Part shown: piece after piece, positions 11,882 through 26,833 of the stretch
Numbering within the stretch: the first letter of the stretch is position 1
Layout of the letters: each line of letters begins with the position of its first letter
DNA from: Geosiphon pyriformis uo1
Taxonomy: Eukaryota > Fungi > Glomeromycota
Direction of reading: 5' to 3'
DNA: 53,762 nt
NCBI GenBank assembly: GCA_016748015.1
Contig: JAAOMT010000039.1
Location: forward strand, 87,904 to 141,665
Translations under genes and position numbers: made by a program
Notes under the pieces: model-generated
The model's database searches: none
Told to the model about the DNA's origin: nothing
What the model saw: only the letters and a program-made list of their open reading frames with translations

Positions 11882-13510
11882 ATTAATTCAAGTTTCAGAA
11901 AAAGTCGAATTATCCTAAAAATTTAAGAAAAGCTTGGAACCCTTACAAATCATATTTTCAATTTAAAAATTTCATTAAAAAAGATGCTTTTGATCTAGAA
12001 CTAAAGTTCTAGCTTCTAAAAGCAAGTTTGTGCTTAAATTTTTACACTTATAAAAATTTATTTTTCAGTTTTTAGTTATCATCATGATTTTGAATATTTT
12101 AAATGTCGCCTGATTCGAAGTATGATTATTTAAAATTTAGAAATTTATTTTATAACCAGAAAAAATAAGTAGAAAATTTCAGTATATTTTTCATATTATA
12201 AATTTTTTTGTTCAATTGTATGTCCACTAAGAATTTGAAAATATTATATATTTTCCTTTTAAAAATCAATATTTCCTAAAAGTCTTTAGAAGCATGGAAA
12301 TAAAATTTAAAATTTATAAAAGCCTTCTTAAGTGCTCTTTAATTTCAAAAAAACCGGAGAATTTTAATAAAAAGCTAATTACTTGTCAATATAAGTAGCT
12401 TTGAAATATTAAATCTTTAACGACATTAAATATTTAGTCAATGAAATTTGTATTAATTGCTTTGGTAAATATATAATTATTTGGATCATGTTTCTCAATT
12501 TGAAGAAAAAGTAATTTTATTTTGTTTTCGAGGTAAATAATTTGGTTTTGCTTTCGAGATAAATAAGTTGAAATTGAAGAAATTACTCTTTTGTTTTAAT
12601 TTATACTGCCTAAATATTTTGCAATTAAAAAATGAATTTTTTTTTAATTAAACTTATCAATTTCAAGGACGAGAGAAAGAAACATGTATTATCTGTTCGT
12701 GTATCCAGGATGCCAGCGAAATTCTTGTAAAAACTGGGAGTTATCGAACTTACATGCTATGATTGTGGGAAACCATTTATTTACCTAAAAGTAAGTTTAT
12801 CTTATTTAATTGCTGTAGTTTTAAATGAAATAAATTTTTATTTCTCCAAATATTTTCTGCTTGTGTTAACAATAGAATGTCCATTCTAAACGATTTAATG
12901 ATATAATTTCCAGTGATAATGAAATTTGCGACTTTGGATTTGGACTTGAAAAGCTAAAGGCAATATTTCAATCATAAATTTAGTTATTCTACAGCTATCA
13001 GAATTATAATTATAACAAATTTTAGTTTCAAATATTTTGTTATTTTGCTTTACCATTTAACTCTCTAAATCAAAGATTTTAATTTTAATTAAGAATAAAA
13101 AACTTCCATTTAGAACCCAATCATAAAGCGTATTATATATTAATCTTTAATAGTTTTTCACTGTAATTTTTTTAAAATATATATATTCATAAAATTATTA
13201 ATTTTAAATAAATTTGATTTCTTTTTGATTTTAATATTATTAGTATTTGATAGAGAAAGATTTTAACTTTAAGTTATTAGAGTAAACCCATTTAATTTTT
13301 TAATAGCACATTACATATTTTTAAATTAAAATAATTTTAAAGTGAGCAAAAGATTTTTGCATTCAACTCAATTGGAATTGGGTGCACAATTTTACATTAG
13401 ACATGAAATAATACTTCTGTAAAGCATAAAGCAATAAGCTATAGAAGACTCTTTTCATTTAAACCTTAGAAAATATAAAACTTCAATTGATTGAATTATA
13501 TAAACTAAGT
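11882..13510. repeat. Duplicated intergenic block: direct-repeat partner of 10566..11062, paralogous to ~16200..17711, ~34440..35040 and ~37440..38100
   Basis: Shared blocks such as AGTGATAATGAAATTTGCGACTT (at ~12912, ~17130, ~38016) and ACTCAATTGGAATTGGGTGCAC (at ~13366, ~17555). Confidence 0.85.
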
Positions 13511-15004
13511 TTAATTTTTTCTGATTTGAAAAACTTCATACTCCTCGACAAAGAAGTCTACTAGTTTATTTTCTGAATCAGCCATTATCGCGCACTTATA
13601 TGATGAATCCTTTCCACAAGAGCATCCAGGGTTATTTTGAAAATCCTCACCTGTCATTACAATACTATACTCGCCAAATTCGGGTCCACGCGTTGGACTA
13701 TCAAAAGGTCCCTTTTCTTTAACAGATTTGCTAAGTTTAGCATTTTCAGCTTTGCCATCTCCAAGGGAAAATATAAAACTTCCTGTTCCATCTAAACATT
13801 TTATGCAAGAAGACCAAGATTGTGGGTTATACCCGCCGATCAGTTGACCAGTTTCTTTCACTTTGATAACACTAACTGTTGCTCCTTTATCATCACATAA
13901 TCGATGAAAATCGGCTGGGGTAAATCCGTCTCGACTGCCTCGAAGTAACAAATCAAAGTTATTTCCAAGTTGGCTTTCAAAAGGAGTATTTTTATCTTTG
14001 CCCTGGATCCAGTGGTCAAGCTGCCTCACATTACGCACCTGAAGAAGCTTTGAATCAGTTGATCGGAATGGCCGAGCCTCAACAGACTTTTCATGACTCC
14101 CCGGTACTAGATAATGATGTAAAAGATCTTCATATAAAGTTCCGGGTAAAATTCTCGCAAATGGTTTTACTTTGTGATTGAAGTCAACAGAAGATATGTG
14201 AAAGAACCGGATTAAAGGTAGAAATCCTTCAATTATTTCCTTTAAGGCGTCAAAATTCTCATCTGTCCAGTTAAGAATCTCTTCTACCTTAATATTGTTA
14301 CCCAATTTAGCAACTCCCCATTCCACAATCTTTTTCCATATTTCTATTTCTTCCATAATAAAGTCATCGTGGGACAAAATTGAGGAAAGAAAATTCTTAC
14401 TTAAGGAGGTGAAATCTTGAGATCTGAAGATTATAGCTGGACTTTTAGCTGCTATTTGTGTGCAGAATTCTTGCAGCTTTTTGAACGAATCATGCATAAA
14501 TGATATTTCATACAAAGAGGCAAAGTTTTCCTCTAGCTCTTTGGCATGATTTTCAATTAGATAGCTTTCCAGGTGGTCAAAAAGATTTTTCAAAAGGAGC
14601 TCATCAGCGATAATAAGCAATTCTAATATTATAGGTACTCCGTATTCCTTAAGAGATATTTCACCACTATACAAATATCTAGATAAAACAATAATCAAAT
14701 GTATGAATAAAATATTAGCAAGTATATTTTAAGCAAACTAAACTTACCGAAGTATCACTTCAAACATTTGTGGTGAAATATTAGGCTTAGAGAAGATAAT
14801 GGTGTTATTTTCTTTTTTAACCCAATTACTAGAGAGTGCTACAGCAAAATAGGAGGATCTTGCTGCTAAAATCGGCGAATGACCGTGAAAAGTTTTATTA
14901 TTAAGACCATCACCAACGATAATCTTAACATCAGAGAATATTTCATTATTCAATAAGGTCCCGAAATCGTGAGATAAAGCGTGGGAGAGTTGTTGAGACG
15001 TCAT
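13511..15004 (-). CDS. BTB/POZ-BACK-TLDc protein, copy 2 (474 aa); exons 15004-14748 and 14678-13511
   Basis: Same domain motifs; 69-nt GT-AG intron gives ILR/YLYSGEI; the frame is open to the stop. Confidence 0.92.
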
Positions 15005-17240
15005 GAATATCTAAGAAGCAAAATTCTTGGGTTTTTATAATTCAGCAGCTAAAAGGTAGTTACGTTACGCCCATTTGTTTATGTTTACCTTGTGAAAAGA
15101 TCTGTGAGTTACTAGTAGTGGAATTTATGATCTGAATTAATCATTATAGCAGTTAACTCATTTTCTTGCTGACAGAAAAAACATGATTGCTAAATATGCA
15201 ATCACATAATACGTGACTGGTTATAGAAATTTATTGTAGGGGTGTATATAAAATGCAAACAAGAATCCGATTTACCTAAAAAATCGGTAGCTGTGTTATC
15301 TAATAAAATTTTTTAACTTGTTAAAGCTCTAACGTGACCTAAATTATTTTAAAAAATTTAATTAGACTAGTTCAATTGCTTAGAATTTGAAAAGCTAAAT
15401 TTTAAAATCCCTTTTCCTTCATTTTTTGCAAATTTAACATAAAGAAATTTATAAATTATCGATTTTAAAAAATAATATAACGTTTAATTAAATTTTAATT
15501 TAATACAATAGATTTTTTAAAGCTTTAATATTTGAAACAATTCAAAAAAAAAAGATTGTATTTTCTACTTTCTACTTTCTAAATAAAAAAAATTATATTT
15601 TTTTGTTAAGAATTTTGAAAATTAAATATCTGAGCTTCTTTTGCGATAAATTAGAGATTTTTTAAGATATAAAAAATCAGATAAAGTAAAATCTCGAGTG
15701 AATATTAATTCTTGTTATTTAATTAAGGATTGCAATAATATTTCATCATCCTATTTTCAAATGTGTACTTGCATCTTTCTCTGGCTCAACAGATATTCCG
15801 CAATAAACATTAATTTCAACTTTAGTTTCTTAAATAAATGACACCTGATCTTTTTATAGCTTAAACTATATTATTTTAATCCAGTGATTGGGGAAATTTC
15901 ATTTCTTAATAGTGCAATGAGTTTATAATAGCTACCCCTTTACTAATATAACAGATAATAAATCAAAATTCATGAATTTCTTGATTTAAGAAAAGTTTCA
16001 AAAATTGCGCTGAAATAATAGCATATAATTTTCGTTTGTTCACCTGTGGAAAATTGGTATGCATACATATAGCCATACTAATTCAATCTTAAATCTTAAA
16101 ATCCCAAAATAGAAATCTTTTTATACTGGAAAGAATAGTGATATTTCAATAAATGGTTTTTTTAAAGCAAAACCGATAGTAATTGTTTTTAATTGGAAAA
16201 TATAAGAGTCGATATCATTAGCTTCTAAAATGAAGTTTATATTTAAATTAAATTTTTTATTTTTTGGTCTTAGATATCATCATGATGTTGAATCTTTTAA
16301 ATCTCGCCTGATTCAAAGTATTATTATTTCAAATTTAAAAAATTATATTCCAACTAGAAAACTTTGGTACATTTTCGTAGTACAATTTTTCTTATTTAAT
16401 TTATATCTGACTAAGAATTCCAGAATATTATGTATCTTCTTTAAAAGAAATGCCTATTTAAAAGCTAAAGATAAATATTGCTATCGGATGGACCTAAAAT
16501 TCTTTAGAAACATCGAAATAAAAATTTTAATTTATAAAAGCATTCTGGGGTACTCTTTGATTTCAGAAAAGGCCGAAACTCAATAAAAAGCTGACTGCTT
16601 ATCGATGTGAGAAGTTTTAAAATATTAAATCTTTAAGATATTCTTTTCCCACCACATTAAATATTCAGTCAATGATATTTGTCTTAATTGCTTCGGTAAT
16701 TATATAATTATGTAGTTTATTTTTCTTAACTAAAGAAATTTTATTTTATTTTTTAGGTGAATATGTTGGATTGAAGAATTTACTCCTTTGTTTTACTTTA
16801 TACTGCTTTTTGCAATTAAAAAAATGAAGTTTTTTTCTAATTATTTTATTTAAACTTATCAATTTCAAGGACAAGAGAAAAAACATGTATTATGTGTTTC
16901 GCGTATCCTAGATGCCAGCTAAATTCTTGTAAAAATGAAATTATGTAGAGTTATCGAGGCTAATCGTTATGATTATGGAAAAACTATTTGTTTATCTAAA
17001 AGCGAGTCATCCTATTTAAAGGCTGCAGTTTCAAATGAAATAAAATTTTTATTTCTCTAAATCCTTTTTGTTTGTGATAATAGTACAATGTCCGCTCTGA
17101 TCGGTTTAATGATGATTCATATAATTACTAGTGATAATGAAATTTGCGACTTGGGATTTGGGACTAGAAAAACTAAAGGCTGGGAACATTTCAATCATAA
17201 ATTTGGTTATCCTACAGCCATCAGAATTATAAATATAATT
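15005..17240. repeat. Upstream intergenic block paralogous to 36501..38105
   Basis: Long collinear similarity, e.g. GATAAAGTAAAATCTCGAGTGAATATTAATTCTTG at ~15680 and ~36951. Confidence 0.85.
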
Positions 17241-17711
17241 ATAAACCAATTTTCAATATCAAACATATTTGTCAATTCTTATTTTAGACACTTGATTTTG
17301 AGCATGCTCACTTTACCATTTAACTCTCGAATTCAAAATTTTTTACCTTAATAAAGAATGAAAAAATTTCCATTTAAAACCCATGCATGTTTGATCTTCA
17401 ATAGTTTTTCAAAATAAACTGTTCTTATTTAAAATAAACATTTGAAAAGCTTAATCTTTTTATTAAGTTATCGATTGAGAAAAGTCTTAGCATTAAGTTA
17501 TTAGTAAAACAATCTTGCTAATATCTTGTGAAACTGATCAATATTTAGGACTCGACTCAATTGGAATTGGGTGCACCCATTTTACATTAGACATGAAATA
17601 ATACTTAAGTGTTTTTGCTGTAAAGCATAAAGCAATAAGCTATAGAAGACTCTTTTCATATAAACCTTAAAAAATATAAAAACTCAATTGATTGAATTAT
17701 ATAAACTAAGT

Positions 17712-19205
17712 TTAATTTTTTCTGATTTGAAAAACTTCATATTCCTCGACAAAGAAATCTACTTGTTTATTTTCTGAATCAGCCATTATCGCGCACTTAT
17801 ATGATGAATCCTTTCCACAAGAGCATCCAGGGTTATTTTGAAAATCTTCACCTGTCATTACAATACTATACTCACCAAATTCGGGTCCACGCATTGGGCT
17901 ATCATAAGGTCCCTTTTCGTTAACAGATTTGCTAAGTTTAGCATTTTCAGCTTTGCCATCTCCAAGGGAAAATATAAAACTTCCCTTTCCATCTAAACAT
18001 TTTTCGCAAGAAGACCAAGATTGTGGGTTATACCCACCGATCAATTGACCAGTTTCTTTCACTTTGATAACACTAACTGTTGCTCCTTTATCATCACATA
18101 ATCGATGAAAATCGTATGGGGTAAATCCGTCTCGACTGCCTCGAAGTAACAAATCAAAGTTATTTCCAAATTGGCTTTCAAAAGGAGCATTTTTATCTTT
18201 GCCCTGGATCCAGTGGTCAAGCTGCCTCACATTATGCAACTGTAGAAGCTTTGAACCAGTTGATCGGAATGGCCGAGCCTCAACACACTTTTCATGACTC
18301 CCCGGTACTAGATAATGATGTAAAAGATCTTCATATAAAGTTCCGGGTAAAATTCTCGCAAATGGTTTTACTTTGTGATAGAAGTCAACAGAAGATATGT
18401 GAAAGAACCGGATTAAAGGTAGAAATCCTTCAATTATTTCCTTAAAGGCGTTAAAATTCTCATCTGTCCAGTTAAGAATCTCTTCTACCTTAATATTGTT
18501 ACCCAATTTAGCAACTCCCCATTCCACAATCTTTTTCCATATTTCTATTTCTTCCATAATAAAGTCATCGTGGGACAAAATTGAGGAAAGAAAATTCTTA
18601 CTTAAGGAGGTGAAATCTTGGGATCTGAAGATTATAGCTGGACTTTTAGCTGCTATTTGTGTGCAGAATTCTTGCAGCTTTTTGAACGAATCATGCATAA
18701 ATGATATTTCATACAAAGAGGCAAAGTTTTCCTCTAGCTCTTTGGCATGATTTTCAATTAGATAGCTTTCCAGGTGGTCAATAAGATTTTTCAAAGTGAG
18801 CTCGCCAGCAGCAACAAGCAATTCCAGGATTGTAAGTATTCCATGTTCTTCAAGAGAAATTTCGCCATTATAAATGTATCTATACAGAAAAGTAAAACAG
18901 GTGAATCAATTATATTAAATACTTTTAAAGGAAACTAAATACACTTGCCTAAGAATCACCTCAAAAATTCTGGGTAATATATTAGGCTTAGTTATGACAA
19001 TGGTGTTATTATCTTTTTTAACCAAACCATTAGAGAGTGCAGCAGCAAAATATTGTGATCTTGCTGCTAAAATTTGTGAATGGGCATGAAAGGTTCTAGC
19101 ATTAGGCGCCTTGCCGATGATAATTCTAACATCAGACAAATTCCGACTATTCAATAAGCTCCCGAAATCATGAGATAAAGCTTGAAAGAGCTGTTGGGGT
19201 GCCAT
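17712..19205 (-). CDS. BTB/POZ-BACK-TLDc protein, copy 3 (474 aa); exons 19205-18949 and 18879-17712; GC-AG intron
   Basis: ATG at 19205 (MAPQQLFQ); donor AG|GCAAGT; full TLDc motifs; intact frame. Confidence 0.92.
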
Positions 19206-19795
19206 TGGTAGGATATACAAAGTTTCAAACTACTAAGCTCAAAAAAACTAGAGTTTTATACTGTGGATTTTTTAATAAACTAGAGTTTAAATATATATGA
19301 CGACTTATAATTAACCTTTTTTTTCTTTTTAACTCTACTACTTTGATATATTATGATCTATGCCCACTTGATTATCACCATGTTTTTCAAACTACCTTTT
19401 TCAAATTCTTTATATTCTTCAAAAAATTATTAAGGATATAAAATATAGAAAAAATAGTCGATAATTATTCTTTTTTTTTAAGAAAAATCAAAAATAATAA
19501 CCTTCGTTTATATGCTCCCAGTCCATTTCAAAATTCTTTTATTTAATGCGTAAGTCAGCAATAACATTTGTGATTTGATTTTTAGGAAGATGAACTATAA
19601 TTAAGTAATATCACTCATTAATATTGCTATATACTTGAATCGACTTCTTAAGGTAAATAAATTCTTCACCCAAGAATTTTTGTTAATATAAATAGCCAGA
19701 TCTATTAAATAAATGTTTCACCAGAAATTGTATGATTTTTAAGTGTTCTAAAATTCCAACTTTCTTTTGTGAAGGTAGAATCAACACAAAGGAGG

Positions 19796-20604
19796 TCACA
19801 GAGATGATTTATGAAGAAGTGCCTCAATATCTTTGGCAATATCTTTGGGCTTTGTAGAAAATATCAATATTAGTCACACAGTTTATTTTTAAGAAGAGAT
19901 AATAACAACTTTCTTTCAAAAATATACCTCTGTTGTACTTGCATATCGATTTACCACTTGACCATTCTGATCAACTAAAAACTTTTCAAAATTCCATTTG
20001 ATTCTTGCCATGCCAAGTATTCCGGCCTTCTGACTCTTTAAGTAATTATATACAGGAGATGCATTATCACCGTTGACATCAATTTTAGCCATTATTTTAA
20101 AGGTGACGCCATAATTAACTTTACAAAATTCCTCGATTGCTAAAAAATTGTGCAAAAATAATGTTGAAATTAACACATCATTAAGCGATTTGAACATATC
20201 CATTCCATACCGTTCTGGTCATCGAATTCCTGATTTTTAAATTGTCCGCATGGGAACCCCAACACTATCAATCCTTGGTCTTCATATTTTTTATGCAGCT
20301 GTTCTAGACCGGCAAATTGTGGGGTAAACCCGCACTTGGATGCTGTATTAACAATCAAAGAAACTTTTCCTTTTAATTGAGAAAAAGGGTAAGGTTTTTG
20401 GTTACCATCCATTGCTTCCAAATCGTAGAAAGATTTGGCGAAAGCCGCCGTATCTGTCATGTTTTCTACTTGATTATTATGAGTGAAATAATCAAACGAA
20501 AAAATATCTGTAACTTTAATTAAATTGAATAAATTTGAAAGTTTGTAAAAAATTGAAAGCAAAAGAACAATAATTCCAATTTTAAGGAGGGTTTGATTTG
20601 TCAT
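19796..20604 (-). CDS. GPX: Cys-type (thioredoxin-dependent, Gpx3/Hyr1-like) glutathione peroxidase; exons 20604 (or 20460)-20211, 20139-19928, 19849-19796
   Basis: VNTASKCGFTPQ, GFPCGQFKNQE, EEFCKVNYG (resolving Cys) and IKWNFEKFLVD; spliced C-terminus PKDIAKDIEALLHKSSL*. Confidence 0.93.
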
Positions 20605-20949
20605 TTGGCCCTTTGAGAAAGTAAGATTTTATAGATTTATAAACTTTAGAAACTGATTAAATGAAAAACCCAGTAAATGGAGGATTTGTAAGACAGTTCC
20701 CGATTTGGAGTTACTGCAAACAAGGCAATTACCTATCATCATTCTTATCAACGATCTCGATCTGTAATTCTTACGGCATCCAGAGTGTAACAGTCATGGG
20801 ACACTGAGACATCAAATGCCGCTGTTGTAATTTGGATCATTATCGGCTTATTCACATTTCCTCAAAAACATAAAAATTAAAGGCTTAAAACGCTCCTGAT
20901 TCAATCAGAAGGGATAAAAAATTTCAATAAATAGTTTTAATTTGAAGGT

Positions 20950-21966
20950 ATGGACCCAGAAGCACCAGAATCTTATCATGATGAGGAGGAAAATCTGATT
21001 TACCTTTTGGAAGATGAATATCTCTCGGATTTGGATGAGTTTGACTTCAACCCTACCGAAAAGGAGGAAATATGGGACTTTCAAAATTTAAAAAATCAAA
21101 TCGGGACAATGATTGCTGAAAAAGAAGAAAGAAAAATTTATGAACATGATGTTGATGAACAAATTATTGTCGTGAGCAGTTTTAAATATATTTGGAGTTT
21201 CTTTAATATATATTTTCCTTTCTCATGAAGCTGGAAATACTTATTATTCACATTGCAAAAATTGCAGGATCAACAAGCATGCATTTCTCAAAGCCAACCA
21301 ATATGTTTTAAGATTTCTGAAAAAAACCGTTCCCAAATCTCAGACCTACTTCAAGTATTCTATACCGAAACATATCTAACGGGTGACGACGAAGCAATCG
21401 TGGCTGTAATCAGAAGCTGGTGTGAGTCCAACTACTTGACATGTGAAGAGCTTTTTTCCCTTCTCGATGATACCATTCACAATCCCAAGTGGGCTTGCTT
21501 AAAAGCTTTTTGTCATCATTATGCGTTCGGCACAAAAGGTAATTTCAAATATGCCTTACGATGGTATCGAATTGCAGCAGCGGGTGGTGACGCTTTTGCA
21601 GCCAACCAAGCTGGATGGATGTCAATTAACGGGCATGGAAGTCGTGTTAATACCAAATTTGGATTTGCTTTATTTGAAAAATCGGCTAATGGTGGCCATC
21701 CACAGGGATACTCAAATATGGCGCATGAATTGAAATGGGGATGGCATGTGGACCAGCATCGACGGGGAAATCTTGCAGTGTTTTATTATTATCTCAAAGC
21801 GGTAGAAACTGGTTATCCGAATGCCTATGGATATTTAGCTGATTGTTATCGATTAGGGATCGGAGTCAATCGTGACAATCATGCCAGGTTCATGTGGATG
21901 TTCCGAGAATTAAAGAGGAGGCTAGAAGTAAGAAAACAAAAGTTGGGCAAGAAATCAACAAAATAA
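20950..21966 (+). CDS. Sel1-like repeat protein with acidic N-terminus (~306 aa); exons 20950-21171 and 21268-21966
   Basis: Sel1 motifs ALRWYRIAAAGG, FALFEKSANGGH and YYLKAVETGYPNAYGYLADCYRLGIGV; phase-0 GT-AG intron. Confidence 0.85.
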
Positions 21967-22782
21967 AACGAAACACTCTTCAATCAAAGAATCAAGATCT
22001 GACTTATTCAGTGAAAAACATGTTTTAGAGTAAAAAAAACTTAGACCCAAAATCCTGGGAAGTAATAGATTTTAACTTGATATTTATTTCATCTATTTTG
22101 AGTATTCGACCCACTATACTGGTGGAAAGTATTATAGCAACTAATATTGAGGTTTAATCCGCCGAAATTCATAATTTCATACATCTTTGACTTTTGAACC
22201 CAAAACAAGTATTTAATAAATCTATGAATTTTTTAAGTAGTGAAAAGGGCTTTCATAATGACTAAATCTCTCAAGTTTGTTGTGATAATTTACAGAATGA
22301 TCTTTTCCTTCGAATGGGTATAAAAGAATATTCGAATAAAGAATGTGTTCCAGGCAATGTTTTTTGTAAAAATTTTTTTGTCATCGAATAGTTTTTGTTA
22401 ATCGTATATTAGGATAATATTTAATAGAAATAAAAATTTCAAGAATGTTAACAATGGCAAAAATAAAATATAAAATTTTGGTTTAATATTTTTATAAATT
22501 TAAATATAATATTATTATTAAAGAATTATTATATTAAAATTTGTTTATTTTCACATTTTCGATGAATAAAATTCACACACTAAATTACATAAGTTAGATT
22601 GTTGCTATTAAAAAAAACTATTATTCATTAATATTAGTTAAATAATACTACATGCTATGTACTAAAAAATCGCAAACCAGAAATGATAATCTCTAACCAG
22701 CTTTATCTGGTGATTTTTTATAAATTTACCAAAAGAAAAACTAAAGCCCTTTTGCTTGAACAACCAACGACACAAAAATGCT

Positions 22783-23296
22783 TTATAATTCATGATTTGT
22801 TGTTGTATAAACGTAGGGTTCTGGAGTGGCAATTAAGTCACGTTTACTAGGGTTTTTGCCTTTGCTTTTTCCTTTACATATTGGTTGTTGACCGAAATCG
22901 ACCTAATTATCCAGCGGGTAATTTCAAAGGAAATCAAAATATTTATCTAATCAAAATAAGTTCGAAATATACTTCAAATACCTCTGCACTGCTGTTAGAT
23001 TCCCCAGAAATAGGCTGAGCTTTTGCACCTCTTTCGCCTTTTCATTTGCCTCGAGTCGGCCTCTTTCTAACAGAGGACCCATTAGGAGAATTATGATTAA
23101 CGATTACTCGAAAGTCTGGATCTTTGTCAAAGGGGCGAATGGCACCAAAAAGTTGTGAACGGCGTTTTTGTAAACCTTCATGGTGATGATTATTATCAAG
23201 ATTGAACGAGCTAGGGTGTCTCGCAAGCACCACAAAAGCAAATACAATTGATAATATGGGTAAGATCAAAAAGTGGATATTTGAGTTTTGAAACAT
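22783..23296 (-). CDS. Small secreted protein / putative Kex2-processed precursor; clear ORF 23296-23042, possible extension to 22783
   Basis: Hydrophobic N-terminal signal (FLILPILSIVFAFVVLA) and KR dibasic sites; 3' structure ambiguous. Confidence 0.5.
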
Positions 23297-23702
23297 TTTG
23301 GCTGGCTCGCTAAAGGAATATTTTTTAAAATTGACACCTTGAATTGTGAAAAATGCTTGAAAATTAGCAAAGAAAGTGTTAACCTGCCCTGCTTTTCTTC
23401 ATTTTATTTCGAAAGCGTGCATAGTCCGAAACTTTATGATATTTAAGTAAAAAATCAATCATGTAAATCTCGAATTCTGGGCATCATAATTCGCGAATTC
23501 CAAAGTACATATTTGCCTTTTAGGTCTCAATAAAGAGTTGAGAAATTGCTATTGATTACCCTACAAGTTTACAGGCTCAGCCACTGATACGTGATAGGCT
23601 CAAAAGTCTCCGACGCTTGGCTTTAAGTTTTGGAAATCATAAATTTCAGGGTGACTCTTTGTCGGATTAATTTACTTGTCTCATCCTCAATAAATTCAAT
23701 AT

Positions 23703-25610
<1,908 letters not shown>

Positions 25611-25872
25611 TTAAAAGAGGAAATAGCTATTTGAGTCAATTCTTACGTATCAGTTGTGATAAAGATTTGAGTTTTTAGAATAGCTGTTATATTTTTGGGC
25701 TATTAATTGTTTAAGTTGAAATCCATTATTTGAAGAATCACGTTTGGAAACTGACTAGAATCTTTAAATTTAGTTTTAAAACTAAAAATTTTTACTGTTA
25801 AATATATGTAAGTACAATAACAATTATTATTGTTGGGCTAATTATTTAACGATTTCTAATAAAAATTGTCAT

Positions 25873-25898
25873 TTAATCCGAAGATCACTTCGGATTAA
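25873..25898. repeat. Perfect 11-bp hairpin TTAATCCGAAG-ATCA-CTTCGGATTAA
   Basis: Read directly; an additional half-site CTTCGGTTTAA follows at ~25903. Confidence 0.7.
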
Positions 25899-26833
25899 CC
25901 ATCTTCGGTTTAACGAGAGTCAAAAATTCTCGTTAAGGGTGTACCAATAATTTGATCAAGAATTTAAAAAAAACTTTTTTCAAAGGTAGACGCTAATCAA
26001 CAAATGCTAATTCTCGCACCAGATGGTTTAGAATATTCATATCCAAGTATGTCATAACGCAAAAAGTTTACTTTCATAGTGAGTTTTTACGCAATAAAAG
26101 AAATTCCTCAACTGAACCAAAAAACTCGTCTTCAAAAATGAAATTAATGATTTTTACATAAATTGTGATGTGTGTCTCACATAATGACAATTTTTATATA
26201 AATTTAAAGCCATTTTAGCAAAATCTAAAATTTACTCTTGTTTATATCACTGAAGATTTTGCAATATTTGAAAAGTGCAAGAATTTAAAGAGATAATTGT
26301 TAAACTATATCTAGAAATCTTGTTTTTAAATTCTTAAATTAAAACAAGTTAAAATGAAATTTACAAGACAATTCCCGAATGTTGATGTTGAAGTTGAAAA
26401 CGTTGAAAAAAATCACCCTCTTTGATCCTATGAAACGATGAGATTATAAGCACACATATAATGAAAAGAAATAAAGATGTGGATTTTAAAAGATTTCGTA
26501 TTAATATTCAAAGAGCTTCAACGAATTTGATAAACTGAGGATTGACAAATAAATATCATGTTAATGTCAAAGATCCTTGTTTGAGATTAAATTTAAAGAA
26601 AAAAAAGTAAATCATAAAAAGATCTCATTATATGAGTTGAAATTCGTCAATTTTTAAGTTTTTGAGCTTGTGATTTAGCTACGGCTTATATATTTTAAAG
26701 GTATGCAAAGTTTTTGGTTAAATAAAATAATTCTAATTCTAAAAAATCTAAAAAATGAAGAAATCTCTGATTTCTGATTGTTAACAATTTTTGACTAAAA
26801 ATTATGGATTTCTGGTATGTTTGAAATTTTTTA

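Noticed and set aside
16230-17351. 118-aa and 87-aa ORFs
   Set aside because: They lie in the duplicated AT-rich spacer, and the frames are not preserved in the paralogous copies.
20300-20345. Selenocysteine GPx
   Set aside because: The catalytic codon is TGC (Cys).
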